Shown: piece after piece, positions 7,171 to 12,640 of the stretch
Numbering within the stretch: position 1 is the stretch's first letter
Layout of the letters: each line of letters starts with the position of its first letter
NCBI GenBank assembly: GCA_050253335.1
Contig: JBFWJG010000056.1
Coordinates: 1-12,640, forward strand
Reading direction: 5' to 3'
Origin: Deferribacterales bacterium
GTDB taxonomy: Bacteria > Chrysiogenota > Deferribacteres > Deferribacterales > Geovibrionaceae
DNA length: 12,640 bases
Program-made: the position numbers and the translations under genes
The notes under the pieces: generated by a model
Databases searched by the model: none
What the model was told of the DNA's origin: nothing
The model's input: only the letters and a program-made list of their open reading frames with translations

Positions 7171-7428
7171 TTATGACATATAGCAGATGCACGGAACGCA
7201 CGGGAAGCGACATTCCCCTGAGTTGTTCGGAACTCTAATGAAGAACAAGAGCCGCAGACGCATCGCTGGAGACAAATACGGAGGTGTTACCCGTTGAGTC
7301 ACTTTAAAATCCCCTGCCCGGCAAGGTAAAAAACGCAATGTGCCGTTAGTCGGGCAGGGTTTCCAAAATTATGAATATGTTATGACATAGAAAAGGCACG
7401 GAGACATGAACCGTGCCTTTATTATTTG
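7171..7428 (+). ncRNA. Candidate free-standing structured RNA of unknown family
   Basis: Lies in a gap with no long ORF. 11-bp closing stem 7171-7181 / 7375-7385, small hairpins at 7188-7235, long hairpin 7312-7359, terminator 7392-7428. The non-Watson-Crick pairs in the closing stem and long hairpin are G-U on +, which favours that strand. No family recognised. Confidence 0.55.
7392..7428 (+). terminator. Intrinsic terminator in mid-intergenic position, not adjacent to any long CDS end
   Basis: Perfect 10-bp stem AAAGGCACGG (7392-7401) / CCGTGCCTTT (7411-7420) with a 9-nt loop, followed by ATTATTTG. The A-run on the left makes it potentially bidirectional. Confidence 0.75.
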
Positions 7429-7526
7429 TGAAATTATTATTCAGTTTTATGATTTCTGAACACTTCAAGCGCTTTTGCGATGTTCATACAGGTTTCCGCT
7501 AATATCCCGCATTTGCGGCATTCACC

Positions 7527-7596
7527 TCATTCTGAACGAAGTGAAGAATCTCTTATTTGTTATGATTTTGAGACTCTTCGCTTTGCTCAGAGTGAC
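7527..7596. repeat. Palindromic REP/MITE-like element (GTCATTCTGAGC...GAAGAATC type)
   Basis: 26-bp imperfect inverted repeat TCATTCTGAACGAAGTGAAGAATCTC (7527-7552) / GAGACTCTTCGCTTTGCTCAGAGTGA (7570-7595), 21/26 matched, AT-rich 17-nt spacer. Resembles the CGTC/TGTC-tagged palindromic repeats of many bacteria (recalled, not searched). Confidence 0.7.
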
Positions 7597-7608
7597 TGTT
7601 TAATCAAC

Positions 7609-7635
7609 AAAAAAGCGGAGCCCGAAAGCTCCGCT
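7609..7635 (-). terminator. Intrinsic terminator of the PhoH-family gene
   Basis: Minus strand reads AGCGGAGCT-TTCG-GGCTCCGC-TTTTTT (UUCG loop), 13 nt after the stop codon. Confidence 0.9.
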
Positions 7636-7648
7636 CAGTAAACTTGCC

Positions 7649-9064
7649 TTACAGCACCCTCGCCGCTTCGGTGGCCAGCCTGCTTCTTTCCCCTTTGTCG
7701 AGGAAAACTGTTGTGCAGTGGCGGAATCGCGCCTGAGTGAACTTCTCGGAAGCGTTGATCAGCCCGTTGTCCCATTCGTTGAGGTATGGGTTGTCTATCT
7801 GCTTCAAATCGCCCGTGAAAACGATTTTGGTGTTGTGCCCTGCCCTTGTGATGATTGTTTTCATCTCATGAGGACTGAGGTTCTGCGCCTCGTCTATGAC
7901 GACGTAGGTATCGATAAGTGTCCTGCCCCTTATGTAGGTCAGTGCTTCGATTTCAAGTATGTTTGAGGACTTGAGGTAGTCTATTGTTATGTTGTTCATC
8001 TGGCTTTTGTAGTAGACCCCGTCTTTGCCGTCTCTTATTTCCTTGTTGCTGTTGCCGATGATGAAATCCAGATTATCGTAAATCGGCTTGAGCCATGGGT
8101 CGAGCTTTTCGGAGATACTGCCGGGCAGATAGCCCAGATCGCGCCCCATAGGGATAGGAGAGCGGGTAACAAGCATCTTTTTATATGTGCCTTCGTTAAG
8201 CACGGAATACATTCCGGCGCAGAGAGCAAGGAGCGTTTTGCCTGTTCCGGCTATCCCTATGGCGAAAACAACGTCAATATCAGGGTCGAGGAGTGCTTCC
8301 ATGAGGTATTTCTGTTTCCTGTTGGCGGGGTTTATGCCGAAGATGTTTTCGTATTCCGTAACCCTTTTGAAGCCCTTGACATCGCCCTCGTCCTCGAAAT
8401 ATTTCACAAGAACGCCCTTCTTCTCGTCCACTTCGCTTTTCATCACGAAATATTCGTTAATTCTGGGTCTGAATTCCTCCATGTTTATGCCGTAGATATA
8501 ATCCGGCATGGGGAGCTCACTCTCCTGATACATCATGTTTATGTATGAGTCCGGCACGTAAAGAGTGTCGTCCTTGCTCTCTGTGAAGCTTCCCATGCGC
8601 TCGTGGTAGTAGTCCTCCGCTTTTATGCCGAGGGCGTTTGCCTTAACACGCAGGTTCACATCTTTGGAGATTATTATTGTTTCGTTCTTTGACTCGTTCT
8701 GGAGCTTTTTTGCTATTCCCAGTATTAGGTTATCGTTTCTCCTGCCGGAAAATTCCTCAGGAACGCTCTCCTTTGACTCCCTGTCATGGAACGAGATGAA
8801 AAGTGTCGCCCCGCTCTCCATTTTCACGCCTTTCAGGAGATCTCCGCCAGTTCTGTAGTCCTCAATTTTGCGGATGAATTCACGGGCGTTGTAGCCGTTG
8901 AGATCCACGCCTTTTTTAAATGAATCCAGCTCTTCCAGAACGATTGCGGGGATATAGATGTTGTTGTCATCGAAGGTTTCCAGAGCTTTCGGCGAGTACA
9001 GAATCACGTTTGTGTCTATTACGAAGTTCTTGATCTTTGAAGATTTTTTTACCGCTTTAGGCAT
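7649..9064 (-). CDS. PhoH family ATPase with N-terminal PIN domain (PhoH2/YlaK type)
   Basis: PIN motifs FVIDTNV, VLEELD, NDNLIL, SKDVNLR. PhoH motifs GIAGTGKT, GYLPG, YIRGRTL, DEAQN, TRAG, GDLKQID, ERSRLA. Start placed at ATG 9064 because GGAG is 7 nt upstream. Confidence 0.93.
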   Translation of the reverse strand: MPKAVKKSSKIKNFVIDTNVILYSPKALETFDDNNIYIPAIVLEELDSFKKGVDLNGYNAREFIRKIEDYRTGGDLLKGVKMESGATLFISFHDRESKESVPEEFSGRRNDNLILGIAKKLQNESKNETIIISKDVNLRVKANALGIKAEDYYHERMGSFTESKDDTLYVPDSYINMMYQESELPMPDYIYGINMEEFRPRINEYFVMKSEVDEKKGVLVKYFEDEGDVKGFKRVTEYENIFGINPANRKQKYLMEALLDPDIDVVFAIGIAGTGKTLLALCAGMYSVLNEGTYKKMLVTRSPIPMGRDLGYLPGSISEKLDPWLKPIYDNLDFIIGNSNKEIRDGKDGVYYKSQMNNITIDYLKSSNILEIEALTYIRGRTLIDTYVVIDEAQNLSPHEMKTIITRAGHNTKIVFTGDLKQIDNPYLNEWDNGLINASEKFTQARFRHCTTVFLDKGERSRLATEAARVL

Positions 9065-9201
9065 TAACAACTCCAACCTTTTCTATGTTTTAATTTTCAA
9101 CCGAGTAACCTTTAAAGTCAAGGACAGTTTTGGGTTAAACTTTGTCCGCACAAAAATTTAACGAAGTTGACACGTCCTTTTTTTAATGCTTAAAAACAGT
9201 G

Positions 9202-9582
9202 ATGAAGATTTTTGTTTACGGAACACTGATGAAAGGATTTGCGGGGCATACGGCATATCTGGCAGGGAAAGAGCCCGATGCGGAAGGGTACATCCACGGG
9301 AAAATGTATCACCTGCCGGAAGGATATCCTGCCGCAATATTCAGGCACGGCTTCAGGATTTACGGCGAAGTATATGATGCAGATGAAGAAACCATGCACA
9401 GAATACGCGAATACGAAGATATTTACGAAGCGGAGCCGATGTATGAGGAAAGAGAGGCGGATGTATATACGGACAAGGGCGTTATCCGTGCCGCGGTGTT
9501 CTTCGCTTCAAAGACCTTTGAGAAGTATGCAGAAACCTTCGGAATCCCTGTTCCGTCCGGCAGGTGGAACGGAAATCTATAA
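9202..9582 (+). CDS. Gamma-glutamylcyclotransferase (AIG2/YtfP-like) family protein
   Basis: MKIFVYGTLMKG signature, GYPA, IYGEVY...REYE. Start is ATG 9202 or GTG 9199. Overlaps the bioB end by 6 nt. Confidence 0.88.
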   Translation: MKIFVYGTLMKGFAGHTAYLAGKEPDAEGYIHGKMYHLPEGYPAAIFRHGFRIYGEVYDADEETMHRIREYEDIYEAEPMYEEREADVYTDKGVIRAAVFFASKTFEKYAETFGIPVPSGRWNGNL

Positions 9583-10542
9583 CCCTTTTTCCGCTCTTAT
9601 ATGGCTGTTTATGGCTTCCATATCGCTTGCAAGCCCCTCACCCTTCACCACCAGATAATCCCCTACCATGAGGCCTGAAATCCCTGATTTGAAGAGCTTC
9701 TCCTTTTCCGCACCCGGGAAGATGAGGGTGCGCCCGCCGCACACGCGTATGTGTTTTTCAGGCAGGAGAAAACGGAACAAAGCCACAATTCTGAGCGCCT
9801 CATCCTGCGGAAGGGGTTTTGTTCCCTCCAGAGGTGTCCCTTTGATAGGGTTAAGGAAGTTTATGGGCACGGACTGAACGCCGATTTCTTTCAGTTCACG
9901 GGCAAGCTCCACCCTGTGTTCCCAGCTTTCGCCTATGCCGAATATTCCGCCGGAACAGACATAAAGCCCCGCTTCCACAGCAGCTTTGACTGCGTTGACA
10001 TCTTCGTCGTATTCGTGAGTGGTGCAGATGTTCGGGAAGAAGCTGCGGGATGTCTCAAGGTTGTGGTGGTAGCCTTTCAGCCCGCTGTTTTTAAGGATGA
10101 GAAGCTGTTCTTTGGACAGCACGCCGACGGAAATATCCGCTTCCAGCCCGAAGGATGTTATTATCCCTACAGACTGCCTGAGAAGCTCAAATTCCTGTTC
10201 GTTGGGGGATTTCCCGCTGATTACGGCGGCGTAGCGCTTTACGCCCGCGTCTGCCATCCGTTCGGCGTTTATCTTTATCTGCTCAAGATCAATATAGGGA
10301 TAAACGGGTGTGCCTGTCCTGTGGTGGGCGGACTGGGCGCAGAAAGTGCAGTCCTCGCTGCAAAGACCGCTTTTGGCGTTTATAATACCGCAGGTGTTTA
10401 TTTCATCTGCGAAGAAGTGTTTTTTCAGTTTGTATGAATACTCCAGAAGCTCTTCCAGCGGGGTTTTAAGAATTATTTCTATATCAGAATCATTGATTTC
10501 CTGAAAATTCAGGGCTTTATTGTAAAGGGCTTCAATCATCAA
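9577..10542 (-). CDS. bioB: Biotin synthase (radical SAM)
   Basis: NAKSGLCSEDCTFCAQS (CxxxCxxC), YHHNLETS, VCSGGIFGIGE, SVPINFLNPIKGTPL, GDYL. Start is TTG 10542 or ATG 10539. Confidence 0.93.
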   Translation of the reverse strand: MMIEALYNKALNFQEINDSDIEIILKTPLEELLEYSYKLKKHFFADEINTCGIINAKSGLCSEDCTFCAQSAHHRTGTPVYPYIDLEQIKINAERMADAGVKRYAAVISGKSPNEQEFELLRQSVGIITSFGLEADISVGVLSKEQLLILKNSGLKGYHHNLETSRSFFPNICTTHEYDEDVNAVKAAVEAGLYVCSGGIFGIGESWEHRVELARELKEIGVQSVPINFLNPIKGTPLEGTKPLPQDEALRIVALFRFLLPEKHIRVCGGRTLIFPGAEKEKLFKSGISGLMVGDYLVVKGEGLASDMEAINSHIRAEKGL

Positions 10543-10545
10543 AAA

Positions 10546-10815
10546 TCACCTTAACGCTTCTATTTCCTCTTCTGTGTGTCTGAGGCTTTTCTTTGTTTCC
10601 TGAATCTCCGCCGTCTGCCCTTCTATATCATCAGAAAGACCGTCCAGCTTGGTTTCAAGTTCCTGTATGCGGTTTTTAAGCGCTGTTGTTTCTTCCCTCA
10701 TTTTCCGCATTTCGGTTTCGATGCCTTTAAGCGCGTCCAGCGTGGGGTTTTGACTTCCGGCGCAGGCGGAGATGAAAAAGGATGAAAATATAATAATCAG
10801 CAGAGGTTTATTCAC
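10546..10815 (-). CDS. Small coiled-coil lipoprotein
   Basis: From GTG 10815: MNKPLLIIIFSSFFISA-C, a signal peptide II with lipobox, followed by a heptad-rich helix. Overlaps the upstream gene by 8 nt and ends 3 nt before bioB. Confidence 0.75.
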   Translation of the reverse strand: MNKPLLIIIFSSFFISACAGSQNPTLDALKGIETEMRKMREETTALKNRIQELETKLDGLSDDIEGQTAEIQETKKSLRHTEEEIEALR

Positions 10816-12136
10816 ATTGTCCCTGCGAGTTTGTTTCGGCGACATATTTTATAAAGAGATAACCTTCTTGTCCGTTTACCTCGGAGCGCCACCAGTCATC
10901 TTTCAATTCAAGCAGAGGAACCCTGCTGTTGTAAGCGGCGACACCGACAACTTCCGAATTGGGCGAAGGCCTGCTTCTGAGCTTGAGGCCGCTTCTGGCT
11001 GTAATGCAGCCGTATCTGATTTCGGGTTTTGCCGGTTCGGCGGGAACTTCAACAGCCTGAACAGCCGGAGGTTCCTCTTTAGCGGGTTCCGCCTCGGCAG
11101 TCACCGCGGGCTGAGATTCGGGTGCTGTTTCTTCAATAACAGGTGCAGGTTCGGGAGTTTCCGCTTCCGCAGTTTCTACGGAAGATTCTTCCTGCAAGGG
11201 TTTCACTCCGGCGTATTGCTCCTCTATATTTTTCATATCAAAGAATGTTTTTATCTGTAATCCGCCAAGGAGAAGTACAAGAAAAATGAGCACTGGCGTG
11301 AGATACTGTGCAATGGTGAAAACCCTGAGCGGCTGTCTTATGCCGGAAATATGTTTTATGGCTTCTTTGACGTGTTTAGGCCCGACTTTTTTATCCTTTG
11401 CCTCAGCCGCGACACTGAACGCTTTGTCAGCGACAAGATTTATTTCCAGCGGAAGTCCGTGGGCATAGCGGAATATTTCAACAACCGCCGTGCGCTTCAG
11501 AACTTCAGGGTCGGTTCCTTTTGCCAGTTTTATGCGGTGCTGAAGATAGCTTGCAGTGTCGCTCAGTCCGAGGAGATTAAGCTCCGTAACGGAGAGAACA
11601 CGCTCGCTTATGTTTTTGACATTGCCGTACATAAGCTTGCTGCAAAGCTCCTGAGTGCCCACAAGAAGCACCTGAACAAGCTTGCACTGCTCTATCTCCA
11701 CTTCTGAGAGCTTTTCCAGCGTGCGGAAAGCGTCTATGGAGTATTCATCAGCGTCATCGACGATGATCAGGTTGTTTCTGCCTTTTTTATATTCTCCGAC
11801 GAAATAGTCCATCATTGCGCCGAAGTATTCATTTTCGGTGGATTTATGAACAGCTTCTATGCCGAATCCGTTGCATATTTTCTGAAGCAGTTCGGCATCA
11901 GGAGTTTTCGGCACATATGAAACATTACAGTTCACAAGAGTTTCACGCAGCAGAAAACAGAGGGTTGTTCTTCCTGTTCCGGGCAGACCGTAAAGCAACA
12001 TGAATCCCTTACGGCTGTTTATGCCGTATTCAAGCATTGTCATTGCTCTGTCATGGGGGGCGGAGCAGAAAAAAGCCGAAGGCTCGGGAGTGAGTCTGAA
12101 TGGTTTGTCCCTGAAACCGAAAAAATCGATGTACAT
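10808..12136 (-). CDS. ExeA/GspA-like AAA domain protein with one TM helix, Pro/Glu/Ala-rich linker and C-terminal bacterial SH3 domain
   Basis: MYIDFFGFRDKPFRLTPEP is a typical ExeA N-terminus. GLPGTGRT, IIVDDA, YLQHRI, GLPLEINLVADKA. TM segment LTPVLIFLVLLLGGL. SH3b-like GLKLRSRPSPNSEVVG...DWWRSEVNGQEGYL. Confidence 0.85.
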   Translation of the reverse strand: MYIDFFGFRDKPFRLTPEPSAFFCSAPHDRAMTMLEYGINSRKGFMLLYGLPGTGRTTLCFLLRETLVNCNVSYVPKTPDAELLQKICNGFGIEAVHKSTENEYFGAMMDYFVGEYKKGRNNLIIVDDADEYSIDAFRTLEKLSEVEIEQCKLVQVLLVGTQELCSKLMYGNVKNISERVLSVTELNLLGLSDTASYLQHRIKLAKGTDPEVLKRTAVVEIFRYAHGLPLEINLVADKAFSVAAEAKDKKVGPKHVKEAIKHISGIRQPLRVFTIAQYLTPVLIFLVLLLGGLQIKTFFDMKNIEEQYAGVKPLQEESSVETAEAETPEPAPVIEETAPESQPAVTAEAEPAKEEPPAVQAVEVPAEPAKPEIRYGCITARSGLKLRSRPSPNSEVVGVAAYNSRVPLLELKDDWWRSEVNGQEGYLFIKYVAETNSQGQCE

Positions 12137-12239
12137 AGCTGTCCTTTAAGATTAATAGCTTAAAACATAATATATGAATTACAAATAATTTTCAATAATA
12201 TAGGTTCAGGAAAAGAGAAACGGGTGAAAAAGGGAAATT

Positions 12240-12273
12240 AAAAAGCTCCCTTCCGTTAAGAAGAGAGCTTTTT
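12240..12273 (-). terminator. Intrinsic terminator after hup
   Basis: Minus strand AAAAAGCTCTCTTC-TTAACG-GAAGGGAGCTTTTT, a 14-bp stem with one G-U pair on the minus strand. Confidence 0.85.
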
Positions 12274-12311
12274 ATTCCTTGGAATTTTGTCTCAGTAAAA
12301 CAAGAGACAGC

Positions 12312-12584
12312 TTAATCTACGCTGTCTTTGAAAAGTTTGCCGGCAACAAATTTAGGCACCCTTTTGGAAGGGATAGTCATCTCTGCACCAGTCTGGGGAT
12401 TTCTTCCCTTGCGCTCTTTCCTTGCGGAAACAGAGAATGTTCCAAAGCCAACAAGTGTAACTTTGTCATCTGCTTTAAGAGCTTCAACAGTTGCCTCTTC
12501 GAAAGCTTTAAGCGCTTTTTCTGCGTCAGACTTTTTCAGCCCTGACTTCTCGGCAATCTTCTCAATAAGTTCCTTCTTATTCAC
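12312..12584 (-). CDS. hup: DNA-binding protein HU
   Basis: MNKKELIEKIAEKSGL...VTLVGFGTFSV...RKGRNPQTG...PKFVAGKLFKD. GTG start at 12584 is preceded by a strong SD, GAGGAGGT. Confidence 0.96.
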   Translation of the reverse strand: MNKKELIEKIAEKSGLKKSDAEKALKAFEEATVEALKADDKVTLVGFGTFSVSARKERKGRNPQTGAEMTIPSKRVPKFVAGKLFKDSVD

Positions 12585-12640
12585 TACAACCTCCTCACTC
12601 AAGAAGTTTCTATAGGTTATACACAGTGGTACCTATAAAA

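Noticed and set aside
7303..7359. -1 frameshift signal (TTTAAAA followed by a hairpin)
   Set aside because: The heptamer is in slippery phase only in a frame already closed by TGA 7295, and the hairpin starts only 2 nt later.
7212..7363. 6S RNA: ATTCCCCTGAGTTGTTCG resembles the 5' end of some 6S RNAs
   Set aside because: I could not build the symmetric long rod with a central bubble. The 3' CAGGG pairs better locally in the 7312-7359 hairpin. An Rfam scan should settle it.
7238..7390. Selenoprotein by readthrough of TGA 7295-7297 with a downstream hairpin as SECIS
   Set aside because: The 50-codon product has no redox motif or recognisable fold, the SD is weak, and the hairpin does not clearly match bacterial SECIS geometry.
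7020..7430. Riboswitch or leader for the GNAT gene on the minus strand
   Set aside because: No recognisable aptamer, wobble pairs favour the + strand, and about 150 AT-rich bases separate the structure from the GNAT start.
7457..7486. TGAACA/TGTTCA inverted repeat
   Set aside because: Only 6 bp with an irregular interior, compatible with chance.
945..12615. Many antisense or alternate-frame ORFs of 60-228 aa (e.g. 9751-10437, 3662-4183, 10772-11260, 2287-2769)
   Set aside because: They overlap well-supported genes and show no recognisable motifs, so they are treated as shadow ORFs.
1..12640. CRISPR array, IS element, integrase, prophage, tRNA or rRNA
   Set aside because: No regularly spaced repeats, recombinase or phage proteins, or stable-RNA signatures were seen.

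Overview
Bacterial chromosomal window of mostly housekeeping genes. The general gene style suggests an anaerobe such as Deferribacterota or a deltaproteobacterium, but this is an unverified impression. In order: the 3' part of a 5'-nucleotidase/NAD nucleotidase (+); two convergent ABC-F ribosome-associated ATPases; mobB; a nitroreductase; a GNAT acetyltransferase; a 629-bp non-coding gap; a PIN-PhoH (PhoH2/YlaK-type) gene; a gamma-glutamylcyclotransferase; and a minus-strand run of hup, an ExeA-like AAA+SH3 protein, a small lipoprotein and bioB. No transposase, integrase, CRISPR array, tRNA or rRNA was seen. The most interesting element is the 7020-7648 gap. It appears to hold a free-standing structured RNA of about 215-250 nt on the + strand, with paired 5'/3' ends, small GGA-containing hairpins, one long GC-rich hairpin and its own terminator, followed by a palindromic REP/MITE-like element. 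Other oddities are a BioB with non-canonical auxiliary-cluster ligands, an ExeA-like protein with altered Walker motifs, an ABC-F with a shortened arm region, and a branched structure downstream of mobB.
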